Shown: positions 33,423-43,458, numbered from the stretch's first letter. The stretch: 64,000 nucleotides of DNA from an uncultured Verrucomicrobiae bacterium (GCA_963764165.1 CAVXRD010000001.1:1499070-1563069), one strand, 5' to 3'. The notes: generated by a model not told the origin, from the letters alone. Program-made: numbers and translations.

Positions 33423-34382
33423 ATGGTACCAAGCTTATTGGAAACTTTTGCGCCGATCCTTAGAGCGACTCGTGAGGAAAAAGGCTGGGCGCAAGCCGAA
33501 TTGGCCGAAAACAGTCGCGTCGCGCTACGAACGATTATGAACCTTGAATCTCCAAAAGGGAATACAAAGGTCAGATTCGACGTCATCGTTAGATTGGCAC
33601 ATGCACTGAGCAAGCCTCAGACCGATTGGCTGAAGCACACGGGGCACTCCCAAATCCCCCAGACCCGAATTGACCAAGTATTGAAAAAAATGGGCGTAGT
33701 CGATTTCCACGGGGAGAAGGAACCAGTCCATTTTTTTCAAAGCTTGGATGACAAGCTCCAAAAGGGGAGTCCTGTGATCGCCATCATTTGCTATCGAACA
33801 TTTTCATCGTACACTCACCAAAAATTCTTTGCGACTAGCATAGCGCCGTTGCTCGACACAGGGAAACTGTTTCTCGCTCTTGTTTGCCCATATCCCAAAA
33901 TCCAGGATATCGATCAAGTACAGAAGCAAACTCTTTCAAGGATATATTCGCAAGTGAGAAGTGAAGTGATCGGAATCACCAAGGAAGTAAAGACCGTGAT
34001 GAGAAATCCGCAATTCAGAAATCACATGGCGGCGTTCTCTTTAAATGCGAAGCTCGACAACGCGGTGCCTCCAACGCTCGGACTCTCGGAGTTCCGGCCC
34101 ATACTGGTGCAATCATTTGTAGAATATTCGCCAACAAACAAGAAGCCAGAGTATGAATTGACCGGTTGGCTAACGTTCCTACAAGATCACAAGGAACGCT
34201 GGATACATATTTTTCCTGCACCGCCGAAACTCACATCTCAACAAGACGCCCATCGTAAAATATGCGATGCTTGGAAGGAATATTTTCAAGAGATCCTTGA
34301 TAACTGTAACTATGAAAACGAAGGTTGGATGAAAGACTCACAGCATTGGGGCATTTGGGATATGGCGGACATTATGATATAA
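33423..34382 (+). CDS. XRE-HTH regulator with uncharacterised C-terminal domain
   Basis: LRATREEKGWAQAELAENSRVALRTIMNLE. Confidence 0.7.
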   Translation: MVPSLLETFAPILRATREEKGWAQAELAENSRVALRTIMNLESPKGNTKVRFDVIVRLAHALSKPQTDWLKHTGHSQIPQTRIDQVLKKMGVVDFHGEKEPVHFFQSLDDKLQKGSPVIAIICYRTFSSYTHQKFFATSIAPLLDTGKLFLALVCPYPKIQDIDQVQKQTLSRIYSQVRSEVIGITKEVKTVMRNPQFRNHMAAFSLNAKLDNAVPPTLGLSEFRPILVQSFVEYSPTNKKPEYELTGWLTFLQDHKERWIHIFPAPPKLTSQQDAHRKICDAWKEYFQEILDNCNYENEGWMKDSQHWGIWDMADIMI

Positions 34383-34448
34383 TGCTAGCGATGCCACGGT
34401 CGATCTCTAAGATGAGGTTGATCAACAATTTAATATCTGCTTGATGAT

Positions 34449-35231
34449 ATGAGAGACATTTGCGACAATGCTGAGTCACCTAGCTACGTGTCACTACCAG
34501 TGATTAAAGCAAACACATTGGTCCCCAAAAGCAGAGCACAGCAACGACGTGAATCCTCCTTGCACCCCCCTGCTCGCCCCCTTGAACCGGATTTCAAGAT
34601 AAGAGCGCGCTCGATTCTCGTGACTGGAACAGATCTGGTAGGCAAAACGACTCTAATAAATCGACTTGTCCCGCATCTAAGAAACAGTGGCTTTAAAATC
34701 ACTCCAAACAAGCACGACCTTCACAAAACGGCATTGATGCCTAGTATTCATACTCTGCTAGAGGCTGCTTCGCCGGAAGACCTCCTGCAGATAAACAGCC
34801 TCTTCTTTGTGACTTTCCTCATCGACTCAATGAAATTCAATCCGGAGCCTGACGCTATCATCATTCAAGACTCTTACGTCTGTCGCACTATGGCATTCTC
34901 CTTGGCTTATAATTTAACTCCTATCACTGATCTCTTTGAAGCATTTAGGCATCACTTCTTCTCTTTTGATGTAACAATTCACCTGACCGCAACGATCGAA
35001 GCGAGAAAGCAGCGACTGTCAGTTAGAGGCAATTCCAATTCTCAAGATCACTTGATCATTACTGATCCAGCGAAGGTGTCACTAATGGATCACCACCTAA
35101 GCAACATAGTCAAAACCCATAAGGAGTATCTTCAGCTCGACACGTCGGAGTTGACAATCCCCCAGGTATTTGAGACGGTTACTAAGTACCTATGCGAGGA
35201 CATCTCACCGCTCCTGGGAATCGAAGTTTAA
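34449..35231 (+). CDS. thymidylate-kinase-like P-loop nucleotide kinase
   Basis: ILVTGTDLVGKTTL, IIIQDSY, TIHLTATIEARKQRL, LQLDTS; start uncertain. Confidence 0.75.
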   Translation: MRDICDNAESPSYVSLPVIKANTLVPKSRAQQRRESSLHPPARPLEPDFKIRARSILVTGTDLVGKTTLINRLVPHLRNSGFKITPNKHDLHKTALMPSIHTLLEAASPEDLLQINSLFFVTFLIDSMKFNPEPDAIIIQDSYVCRTMAFSLAYNLTPITDLFEAFRHHFFSFDVTIHLTATIEARKQRLSVRGNSNSQDHLIITDPAKVSLMDHHLSNIVKTHKEYLQLDTSELTIPQVFETVTKYLCEDISPLLGIEV

Positions 35232-35244
35232 GCCATAATCTCAT

Positions 35245-36894
35245 ATGAAGCCTACTCTTCGATCGCCGCCGGTAATCTTGCCATTTTGTCGCACGCTTCT
35301 ATCCCAATCTGGAGCGTCTCTGACAATGTCATCGATAGCGAGTTATTTGGAAATGCACGGATACGAGGCGGACTTGCAGTTTATCGAGAGAGATAATACA
35401 GAAAGTATTCCACGCTTTCTAGCTCATCTAAACGGATTGGCCAACCCGCTGGTAATTGCAAAAATCAATTTTCAAGATCAGTCGGTTATGTTGTCGCTGC
35501 TTAAGCACTTGAAGGAACTCAAAAGGGTGGCGAAAGTGGCTTTATGCGGCCCATTTGCCGCCCAACATTATCTCTCCATCATGGCGGCTAACCCATTCGT
35601 AGATGCAATATTGGTCGGTCAACCTGAGGTCGCTGCTCTTGATTTTGTTCAGTCTGAGTCGAATACCAACCAGGGCGGCACAACATATTCCTTCGCCCGA
35701 AGAGATCATGTCCAGACTGATATGATCGTTGCTCCCGTTGTTGGACGCACTGTCGCGCTTGAGAATCTACCGCATCCAAAACGATCCGTGGAAATTGAGG
35801 AAACTACTCCTCACGTTAATCTGGAAGCCTCTCGCGGATGCACGTTCGGCTGCAGTTTCTGTCACCTCAGTAAAACAGCAATCAGTTACAGATCACCAGC
35901 CTCTGTAATCGAAGAGATTGCTTATCTGAACAGGTCTTTAGGCAAATCGCTTTTCATTTTTAACGACAGTTGCTTTTGGGCAAGCTCAGAGGATGATGCA
36001 CGCATTATGGCGATCGCCAACGGCATTCTCGCCAAGTCGCTTGATGTCCGCTTATACGTTTACCTTAGAGTAAGGCCGCTTATCTCAAAGCCCATTTTAG
36101 GCGCCCTAGTTGAGGCTGGGCTGGTGAGGGTGTTTTTGGGAGTCGAGTCAGCTGTAAAACGAATCAAACGCGATTTCCATAAGCCCTCAGATGATGTGGA
36201 CTTTGGAAAGGCGCGAAGTCTCTTCGAGAGAGATTTTAATCTGAATGTCCATATCGGTTTTATTACCGTCGAACCTCATTCCACTATTGTGGAAGTCGAA
36301 CTCAATATCGATTATCTGATGGATATTGAGAAGTTGTTTAGAATAGGCATCATAACGGAACCGATGCGAGCTATACCTGGCACCGAAAGCTTTAATCGGC
36401 TTCTTGAAAGAGGCTTAATGCCAGATGGTTTGAACTATACCGCTATCACTTATGGTTATCGGTTTCAACATCAAGAAACTTTTGTTTTTTTGCGTGAGAT
36501 GCAACAATTGTTTAGGATGACGCTTAGACAAGAGGCCTACAAATTCGAGTATTTTTCCACGGTTGTTGGGTTGCTTAAATCGCTTTCGATTCGCTTGCTC
36601 GGCTCCCTGCCTGCTCACATAGATATTCAATTCCAGACAGTTTTACGATTGCGCGGCGAGGGTATGGTTATGCTTTACCATCATATGAAACATCAAATTC
36701 AATACCTAAAGCACAATCCACAGTGCTCCGAAATACCAAAAGGACAAAGCTATGCGGATTTTGTATTTAACTTCAAGCGAACCTCCTTGGAATTGGAACT
36801 CGCTTATGGCTCCTTAGTCGCGCTTTTGCAAGGAACTGGTGCCGGAAGGGCGGTTCGGGAAGTTTATTCTGGTATGGAAAGGATTCGTGGTTGA
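35245..36894 (+). CDS. B12-binding-domain radical SAM enzyme
   Basis: SIASYL..G..; CGPFA; VDAILVGQPE; SRGCTFGCSFC (CxxxCxxC); YRSPASVIEEI; VFLGVES. Confidence 0.9.
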   Translation: MKPTLRSPPVILPFCRTLLSQSGASLTMSSIASYLEMHGYEADLQFIERDNTESIPRFLAHLNGLANPLVIAKINFQDQSVMLSLLKHLKELKRVAKVALCGPFAAQHYLSIMAANPFVDAILVGQPEVAALDFVQSESNTNQGGTTYSFARRDHVQTDMIVAPVVGRTVALENLPHPKRSVEIEETTPHVNLEASRGCTFGCSFCHLSKTAISYRSPASVIEEIAYLNRSLGKSLFIFNDSCFWASSEDDARIMAIANGILAKSLDVRLYVYLRVRPLISKPILGALVEAGLVRVFLGVESAVKRIKRDFHKPSDDVDFGKARSLFERDFNLNVHIGFITVEPHSTIVEVELNIDYLMDIEKLFRIGIITEPMRAIPGTESFNRLLERGLMPDGLNYTAITYGYRFQHQETFVFLREMQQLFRMTLRQEAYKFEYFSTVVGLLKSLSIRLLGSLPAHIDIQFQTVLRLRGEGMVMLYHHMKHQIQYLKHNPQCSEIPKGQSYADFVFNFKRTSLELELAYGSLVALLQGTGAGRAVREVYSGMERIRG

Positions 36895-37525
36895 TCACCC
36901 TTTAATCATCAGTGTCGACGGGAATGTGAATGCTGGAAAAACAACATTGCTCAAGACACTTGTAGCAGCCGACCTGGGAACCAGAATGCAATACATCCCG
37001 GAGCATTCAGACTTGTTAACTTGCATTGCAGAGGCGCCGGAGCACTCATATTTCGACTCGCAGAAAAAGTTTCTCTTAACGGAGAGAATCCGACTGACAA
37101 TGGTGACTGGATCATCAGCCACATTGCTTCTGATGGACCGCTCCTTTGTTTCCATTTTCGCTCATACGATTGCGACAAAGCCGCGTTCTAGTGCTGCTAG
37201 GCACAGTGTTCTCGAAGAGCTGTTTGAACTCATCAAATCGAGGCTGTTAAGCATTCCCCACTGTTTTGTGTTCCTTGACGTGGCTTACTCAACTAGCCTT
37301 AGTCGCTTTTACACCAATCGATGGGAGAAAGGCACCGACCTCGCTTTGATCGCTAAGCCCTACTTCCACCGCCTGCGCCGGATATACACTCGTTGGATTT
37401 CTTTGGTGGAAGGGCACTTGTTATTGTCCCCAGGCAGATTTGATATCTCTCGGCTAACTCTGCGATATTACAATCCGGGAGCGTTGATTCAGGCGTTGCA
37501 GACAATCTCCCAGGAGGAGGATTAG
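36887..37525 (+). CDS. deoxynucleoside-kinase-like P-loop protein
   Basis: IISVDGNVNAGKTTL, YIPE, LLMDRS, FVFLDV..SLSR; GTG start overlaps the upstream stop region. Confidence 0.75.
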   Translation: MVDHPLIISVDGNVNAGKTTLLKTLVAADLGTRMQYIPEHSDLLTCIAEAPEHSYFDSQKKFLLTERIRLTMVTGSSATLLLMDRSFVSIFAHTIATKPRSSAARHSVLEELFELIKSRLLSIPHCFVFLDVAYSTSLSRFYTNRWEKGTDLALIAKPYFHRLRRIYTRWISLVEGHLLLSPGRFDISRLTLRYYNPGALIQALQTISQEED

Positions 37526-37526
37526 T

Positions 37527-38471
37527 ATGCCCATCGAGATAAGTTGCGGCTATCGGATACACGTCAATAGCATCGATATGAACGGCTTCAATCTGCGCGT
37601 GTGTGGTGGAATCGGATTTTGCCTAGATGAACCTCGCCTCCACGTTGGTGTGGAGAATTATGATTATGATCTGGTTCCCGAGGATTTGCTGGAGGAATTG
37701 ATGCCTCTTTGTGCGGAATTTCGACTACGTTATGGACGTGCGGACTTTTATCGCGTTTTTTGCCATGATCGCATTCATCGGCATAAGGGTTTGGGCAGCA
37801 GCACGCTTCTTAAGCTTTGCGTTCTAAGGGGCTTGCATGAGTTAGCAGACTTGCCATTCACGAAGAGCGTTGCTACATCATTCCGCCTTGGACTAACATC
37901 CGGCATTGGGTTTAACGCGTTCTTCGACGGTGGGTTTTTAGTGGACGGTGGCTATTTGGCCTATTCCGGTCACAAGACTCTCAATGGAGAGGTTGCTGGA
38001 CACCGCGCTCCTATTCTCTTCCGGGCGGACTTTCCAAGTGATTGGCTGGTTCATGTCGCCATTCCAAATAAACACAAATCTTTGGACGCGGATGATGAGG
38101 TGGCTTTTTTTAATCGAATCACTCCGATTCCAAATGAGGAGGTGCATATGATTGCCTATAATGTCCTTATGGGAGTGATGCCAAGTCTGATGGAGGGCGA
38201 CTTGGACGCATTTCTAAAAAGTTTGATCGCTGTGGTTAGCTGTGGCACTAAACGACACGAAACAGCCCTGCATGCGACGCTTTGCCAGAGTCTAATGACT
38301 CGTATGAACGCGGATTTCGGATTTGTGGCTGTATCTTCGTTAGGGCCTAGTGTGTATGCCATCTCTAACCAATGTATTGATATCTCCTCATATCAGCGCG
38401 ACTTCACTGACTTCATTTTTAGTTCTTCTCGCGTCTCTTGTGCCGGGCACAGAATGGTAAGAATTCCATAG
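37527..38471 (+). CDS. beta-RFAP-synthase-like (GHMP family) C-glycoside-forming enzyme
   Basis: RIHVNSIDMNG..RVCGGIGF.LDEP, HKGLGSST, TSGIG..AF..GGFLVDGG, FPSDW, SSLGPSVY. Confidence 0.85.
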   Translation: MPIEISCGYRIHVNSIDMNGFNLRVCGGIGFCLDEPRLHVGVENYDYDLVPEDLLEELMPLCAEFRLRYGRADFYRVFCHDRIHRHKGLGSSTLLKLCVLRGLHELADLPFTKSVATSFRLGLTSGIGFNAFFDGGFLVDGGYLAYSGHKTLNGEVAGHRAPILFRADFPSDWLVHVAIPNKHKSLDADDEVAFFNRITPIPNEEVHMIAYNVLMGVMPSLMEGDLDAFLKSLIAVVSCGTKRHETALHATLCQSLMTRMNADFGFVAVSSLGPSVYAISNQCIDISSYQRDFTDFIFSSSRVSCAGHRMVRIP

Positions 38472-38497
38472 TAAGTTACCTTAAGACTTAAAGTCTT

Positions 38498-38953
38498 ATG
38501 CAAATCCGCTCGATCGCTATTTGTCTTTTTCGTAATGGGTCGCGAATTCTTGTAATGGAAGGGCAGGACTCCTCGAACGGAAGATTTTATTATCGCCCGT
38601 TGGGCGGCGAGATTGAGCCTGGTGAGAGTAGTGCACAAGCATTGATGCGCGAAATGCGCGAAGAACTCAATGCCACTGTCGCCGGATTACGCTTAGTGCA
38701 TGTGATCGAGAACTTGTTCGCGGTTGAGGGTGTATGTGGGCATCAGATCGTTTTCGTATACGATGGGCATTTCACCGACTCTCGCCTATACGAAAACGAA
38801 TGCTTAATGTTTCGAGAAGGCGCAGGTCCGGAACGAACGGCCGTTTGGAAGGAGTTAAGTGAGTTCGATTTTAGGCACCGTCTTGTTCCCGCTGGTTTAT
38901 TAGACCTCATAGTAAACAGAAGTTCCGATCCGTTTTTGAGTAGTGGCTTTTGA
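38498..38953 (+). CDS. NUDIX hydrolase
   Basis: PLGGEIEPGESSAQALMREMREEL (Nudix box). Confidence 0.9.
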   Translation: MQIRSIAICLFRNGSRILVMEGQDSSNGRFYYRPLGGEIEPGESSAQALMREMREELNATVAGLRLVHVIENLFAVEGVCGHQIVFVYDGHFTDSRLYENECLMFREGAGPERTAVWKELSEFDFRHRLVPAGLLDLIVNRSSDPFLSSGF

Positions 38954-39040
38954 TGCAAAGTTTGGTTTGCGTCGCATATGTCGGTCAACGCCACGCGAAC
39001 CATTGGCGAAAAAGCACCTTTGAGCCGAAGAATCGCTTTC

Positions 39041-39553
39041 TCACCAAAGAAATTGGTCCCTATGGAGACGTTGCATAAGCCCCTTGAAGTCGAATCCCAA
39101 ATCAAGCTCAAGCACCTCGTGGTAGTAGAACCAACCGTAATCGGCGATTTCAGAATGTTGGACTTCGATGGCACCCTTACATATTCCTAGAAACTTGAAA
39201 TAATTGCTCTCCGGCGTGAGTTGAGTTTCGTAGAGTGATTGGGGCTTAAAGGTAAGATTCACCTCCTCTAAGAACTCACGAGTGACCGTTTCCAAAGGAG
39301 TCTCGTTGAGAAGGCCCTTTCCGCCAGGACAAACCCAACAACCCTTGAATGGACTTTGGGCCCGTTTCACCAAAAGAATTCTCCCTTTAACGATGACTAT
39401 TCCTGCACAAGAATGTCGTCTGACATCGTTTTCCTTCCCCAAGTTCTCGCAGTCAACGGGGACTGAACTGAAGGTTTTCTCAGAAGGCATAGTGGAAAAT
39501 CTTAACCCATGGAAGGGGCAACCTCCCACTGCCACTGATTTTGACATTGGCAT
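39041..39553 (-). CDS. NUDIX hydrolase
   Basis: WVCPGGKGLLNETPLETVTREFLEEV; start uncertain. Confidence 0.8.
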   Translation of the reverse strand: MPMSKSVAVGGCPFHGLRFSTMPSEKTFSSVPVDCENLGKENDVRRHSCAGIVIVKGRILLVKRAQSPFKGCWVCPGGKGLLNETPLETVTREFLEEVNLTFKPQSLYETQLTPESNYFKFLGICKGAIEVQHSEIADYGWFYYHEVLELDLGFDFKGLMQRLHRDQFLW

Positions 39554-39661
39554 TCATATGGGGACATTGTTTCACGGAGAGTCCATTATTGCAAGCCAAT
39601 CCGAGTGTCGCGTAGTTTTCAAACCAGGACGTGGCGCAATTTTTGCGATTGGTATAAACGA

Positions 39662-39925
39662 TCACGGGTTTCGCTTTTTTGTCGGGTGGCGCAGCGCGAA
39701 CGGAATGATGTCCGGTAGGATGGAGGCACAGGACGACTTTGGCGCCCGGGGAGGCGGAGAGCGCCTGAGGGTAATTCCACGGCGGCCAGTCAGCGCGGGC
39801 CTTGGCCGCCTCGCTGGGCTTGGTTTTCCTCGGCGACCAGCAACAGTTGGTCGCCGATTTTTAATACGCAGGAAACTATTCGGTGAACTGGCAGAAGCAT
39901 CTAGTTCCATTCGGAATTGTATCAA
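39662..39925 (-). CDS. small basic hypothetical protein
   Basis: Same strand and directly downstream of the RuvC-like gene; Arg/Pro-rich. Confidence 0.35.
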   Translation of the reverse strand: MIQFRMELDASASSPNSFLRIKNRRPTVAGRRGKPSPARRPRPALTGRRGITLRRSPPPRAPKSSCASILPDIIPFALRHPTKKRNP

Positions 39926-39945
39926 GGCCGGTGAGGGATCTCTGG

Positions 39946-40455
39946 TTATTCCCTGCCCCGCAAAAAATGCTCCGCAAGCGCCACAGCATCAAAAATGTCC
40001 ATTCGGCAATCATCGCTCGTCCAAAGTTTGGGCTTTGGAGGCAAACGAGGGATCAATTCTTCCGGGAAGCGAGCGGCCAGATATTCGGCCAGGGCATGTT
40101 TTGTCCCTTGCTCATCCGCCAGAAAATCAAGGTTCATCTGCTTCCGGGAGCACTGTTTCACCTTGATCTTCCCATCCTTTGCCATAAGGACAATCTCATC
40201 AAGCAGTGCCCGTATCCGTTCCGAGCGCCGCGACCCTTTGGCCCAGGCATCTTCGATTGCGATGGCGTTTGGGTGATAAAGGGCAATCAGGTTTCCAATA
40301 TTCGAGAGGCAGCGGGCATTCTTGTCCCCACCCTTTACCGTTTTGACGCCCCAAGCAACGAGGGTGTTCTCCCCCTCCATCACGGCAAAACCGCAGCCGA
40401 AGGCAGATGGCGCAAGTCCCAAAACGCGGATATTTTTTGAAAGGTGATTTTTCAT
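39946..40455 (-). CDS. RuvC-like (RNase H fold) protein
   Basis: RVLGLAPSAFGCGFAVMEG..WG..AIAIED..TKHALA..IFDAVALA. Confidence 0.65.
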   Translation of the reverse strand: MKNHLSKNIRVLGLAPSAFGCGFAVMEGENTLVAWGVKTVKGGDKNARCLSNIGNLIALYHPNAIAIEDAWAKGSRRSERIRALLDEIVLMAKDGKIKVKQCSRKQMNLDFLADEQGTKHALAEYLAARFPEELIPRLPPKPKLWTSDDCRMDIFDAVALAEHFLRGRE

Positions 40456-40835
40456 GGGTTTTGTAATTGATTAAGAGGGCCAGTGGGCAAGATCGAAGCG
40501 AGGAATTGGCGCTTTCGGGCCGTTTGGGCTTTTGTATTGCTGCGTAAAGCCTTTTGTTCCAACAACTTGACTCGCGCCTCTAACTCAATTTGAATCTCTT
40601 TCACGAGTCCCGGAAAAAGTTCAGAAATAGGCCGCTTGTAAATCGCTTCATAGACAAGGGCAGATCGAAGGCTGGGGTCCAGAGTGAACCGTTCATGTTG
40701 GCAGACTTTGCCGCCGCCTTGAATTCCCAAGAGGAAAGCCACTTCCGTTTGGGAAAGTGCGGAGCGTTTGCGATGCGATAAAAGATGATTGGAGAGATAT
40801 TCCGAGGCCATAAAGTGTGTTTTGGTGAACCGCAC
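40452..40835 (-). CDS. XRE-type HTH regulator
   Basis: NHLLSHRKRSALSQTEVAFLLG..HE..PSL..YEAIY..LFPG; likely start ATG 40811. Confidence 0.75.
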   Translation of the reverse strand: MRFTKTHFMASEYLSNHLLSHRKRSALSQTEVAFLLGIQGGGKVCQHERFTLDPSLRSALVYEAIYKRPISELFPGLVKEIQIELEARVKLLEQKALRSNTKAQTARKRQFLASILPTGPLNQLQNP

Positions 40836-40880
40836 GGGCGAGTCCAGAATGCAACACTAATGGAAAAGAAAGGCACTCAG

Positions 40881-40910
40881 AAGACTGTGGTCTTTGCCGA
40901 AAACGGCAAA
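40881..40910 (+). promoter_or_regulatory. conserved operator-like motif, copy 1
   Basis: AAGACT-GTGGTC-TTTGCCG-AAAA-CGGCAAA. Confidence 0.7.
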
Positions 40911-41063
40911 TTCTACAAAAAACACCGGGCTTTTTAAGGCTCGGTTAGTGTCAACTATATTATGACATATATATGAATAAATAGCAAATAACCATTCGAT
41001 ATCACCGAAAACGGACAATCCTGCCGTCTATCCCCATTCAATGTGCCCGCATACAGTTGAGGA

Positions 41064-41234
41064 ATGAAAATTGAACCAGCCGCACTCCATGAATTAAAAC
41101 GGATTTGTGCCGAATCCTTCCAACGAACCCTTTCCGATACAGAGGCACAGGAGATCGGGCAGCGGATCATCCGTTTCCTTATGAATTCCGAAGCGCCCTT
41201 TCCTGCCGCTGTCCGCGATGTTGACGCGGAATAA
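41064..41234 (+). CDS. 56-aa protein immediately upstream of the recombinase
   Basis: GAGGA RBS; MKIEPAALHELKRICAESFQRTLSDTEAQEIGQRIIRFL..; shorter than any ORF in the supplied track. Confidence 0.6.
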   Translation: MKIEPAALHELKRICAESFQRTLSDTEAQEIGQRIIRFLMNSEAPFPAAVRDVDAE

Positions 41235-41265
41235 TGGTACGTTACGCTTGAACCATCCAATCCCA

Positions 41266-43131
41266 ATGACCCAATATGTAATCTACAGCCGAAAATCGCA
41301 GGAGGACGAAGGCAAACAAATTCAATCCATTCCGGCCCAGGAGGACGAAATGAAACTGGTCGCATCAAGATTGGATTTGACCGTTATCACGCCCCTGTTG
41401 AGCGAAGCCAAATCCGCCAAAGCACCTGGCCGGCCTGTTTTCAATGACATGATGGAGCGGGTTGATCGGGGCGAAATCCGAGGAATACTTTGCTGGAAGC
41501 TTGACCGGCTTGCCCGAAACCCGGTTGACGGCGGACGGATCATTTGGGCGATCAAACAGCATGGCCTGGTCATTCAGACCCCTCACCAAACATTCTCCCA
41601 AGCGGAGGATAACATGATTCTCATGTATATCGAATTCGGCATGGCCCACAAATATGTCGAAGACTTGAGCAGGAACACAACCAGAGGCTTGGAGAAAAAG
41701 GCCAAGCTGGGTTGGTATCCCGGCATCGCGCCACTCGGGTATTTGAACTCAAAAGTGGAGGAACGGGGCAATAAGACCATATTCCGCGACCCCGCCCGCT
41801 TTGATGCCGTTCGCCGAATGTGGGACCTCATGCTCACCGGGAACGCCAGTCCCACGAGGATTCAGAAGATTGCGAATGATGAATGGGGCTTTCGCACCCG
41901 GCAGACAAAGAAAACAGGTGGAAAGCCGATCTCCCGGAGCACCATCTACAGAATCTTTGCCGACCCGTTCTACTATGGCCGGTTCGAGTATCCAAGAGGC
42001 AGCGGCCTCTACTATCCCGGCCTGCATGAGCCGATGGTCACGAAGGCGGAATTTGAATGTGTGCAGAAGATTCTTCACCGGGAGATCAATCCAAGACCCC
42101 GAACAGAATTCGCTTTGCCGTTCCGGGGGGCCATCAAATGCGGGGAGTGCGGATCGTGCATAACCGCGCACTTCAAAGAGCAGGTCCGATGCACCAAGTG
42201 TCACTTCAAATCGTCGGTGAAGAACCGTGCCGCGTGTTCCAAGTGCGGTTTGGCTTTGAGTGACATGAAAGCGCCCACCATGCGCCGTTACGGTTACTAC
42301 CATTGCACCCGGACTTTGAATCCGCTCTGTCGCCAAAAATGTGTGTCGGCGAGCGCGCTTGAGAAGCAGTTGACAGAGAAATTAAAGCCATTCGGGCTTC
42401 CAGCAGAGTTGCGGGACTGGGGTTTCCAATATATCGAAAAACTGCAAGACCGGGACCTCGACGGGAAGCGGCAAATCCTTGTGGAAAGGAAAAAGGCGTT
42501 CGATCAGTGTGTCATTCGGTTGGAAAATCTGGTGAAGCTCAAAACGGCAGCGGCAAACGCTGACAACAGCCTTCTTTCCGACGAGGAATACCAGAAGCAG
42601 CGTGCCGATTTGCTTGCCCAAAAGAGCACACTGGCGACTGATACCGCCGCCTTTGAGACGGAGTTGGAGGGCAAAGTTCGACGCACCAAGGAAGCGCTAA
42701 AAGTTCTTGGAAAAATACACGACATGGCTCCCGATGCCGACGCGCTGAGAAAAAGAGAAGTTCTGACCGCATTAGGATTGAACCACGCTTTGAAGGAAAA
42801 GGAGCTAGAGATCAGGCCGGAATTTCCCTTTTCTGACCTGCCGCGTGGAGACAATCTGGAGCAGCGTGATTTGACTCCGATTGAACCAGATAATATGCAG
42901 GGCGGACAAGGCCCAAATGGTGTTTTCCGTTCTGCTTTTCCCGTTCTTGAGCGGGAACGGGACGATGATCGAACCAAATTGTTGAAGATAGCACTCGACA
43001 CAATCTGGAAGAAAATCGACCCGTCAAAGCACTTTACCAAAAAAATCCCGATTACGGAAGGAGGATCGAGCGCACCTGGCGTCCCCGATAGAGGGCATGA
43101 TACCAAAGGCACCAATAAGTCCAAGACTTGA
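41266..43131 (+). CDS. large serine recombinase (resolvase + recombinase + Zn ribbon)
   Basis: YSRKS catalytic Ser, SAKAPGRPVF, WKLDRLARN, APLGY, FADPFYYG, HEPMV, KCGECG, YYHC. Confidence 0.95.
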   Translation: MTQYVIYSRKSQEDEGKQIQSIPAQEDEMKLVASRLDLTVITPLLSEAKSAKAPGRPVFNDMMERVDRGEIRGILCWKLDRLARNPVDGGRIIWAIKQHGLVIQTPHQTFSQAEDNMILMYIEFGMAHKYVEDLSRNTTRGLEKKAKLGWYPGIAPLGYLNSKVEERGNKTIFRDPARFDAVRRMWDLMLTGNASPTRIQKIANDEWGFRTRQTKKTGGKPISRSTIYRIFADPFYYGRFEYPRGSGLYYPGLHEPMVTKAEFECVQKILHREINPRPRTEFALPFRGAIKCGECGSCITAHFKEQVRCTKCHFKSSVKNRAACSKCGLALSDMKAPTMRRYGYYHCTRTLNPLCRQKCVSASALEKQLTEKLKPFGLPAELRDWGFQYIEKLQDRDLDGKRQILVERKKAFDQCVIRLENLVKLKTAAANADNSLLSDEEYQKQRADLLAQKSTLATDTAAFETELEGKVRRTKEALKVLGKIHDMAPDADALRKREVLTALGLNHALKEKELEIRPEFPFSDLPRGDNLEQRDLTPIEPDNMQGGQGPNGVFRSAFPVLERERDDDRTKLLKIALDTIWKKIDPSKHFTKKIPITEGGSSAPGVPDRGHDTKGTNKSKT

Positions 43132-43152
43132 CAGTTTGCCGAAAACGCCAAA
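43123..43152 (+). promoter_or_regulatory. conserved operator-like motif, copy 2 (overlaps recombinase stop)
   Basis: AAGACT-TGACAG-TTTGCCG-AAAA-CGCCAAA. Confidence 0.7.
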
Positions 43153-43458
43153 TGGCCATACGTCTTGTCGAGTCTTCTACGAGACTATGCCGTGCAATGT
43201 GGCGGATAGGTGACAATACAATCATACGCCACAAAATTCAATACCGGCAGGGACTTCTCCGATAGCCAAATCAGCAAATAGCCGCCCAAATAGCATTTGC
43301 AAACTGCACAGAATGCGTTACATATCGTTGTTACAAGGACAGATCACACTAATAGCTACCGTTTTCGAACTTATTATCATATTCGATATAGGAAACTGAT
43401 TCGTCAGTCACGAAATGACTGAAGAACGGGCCTTAGATTGTCTGTCGGAAAGCACTAT

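Noticed and set aside
37527-38471. RFAP synthase as part of methanopterin/C1 metabolism
   Set aside because: No other H4MPT pathway genes are nearby; its neighbours are nucleotide kinases and NUDIX genes on an island. Not excluded without a phylogeny.
39480-39665. 61-aa Cys-containing ORF as a RiPP precursor for the radical SAM enzyme
   Set aside because: It is on the opposite strand, overlaps the NUDIX ORF call, and has no leader, RRE/SPASM, peptidase or exporter evidence; the operon points to nucleotide substrates.
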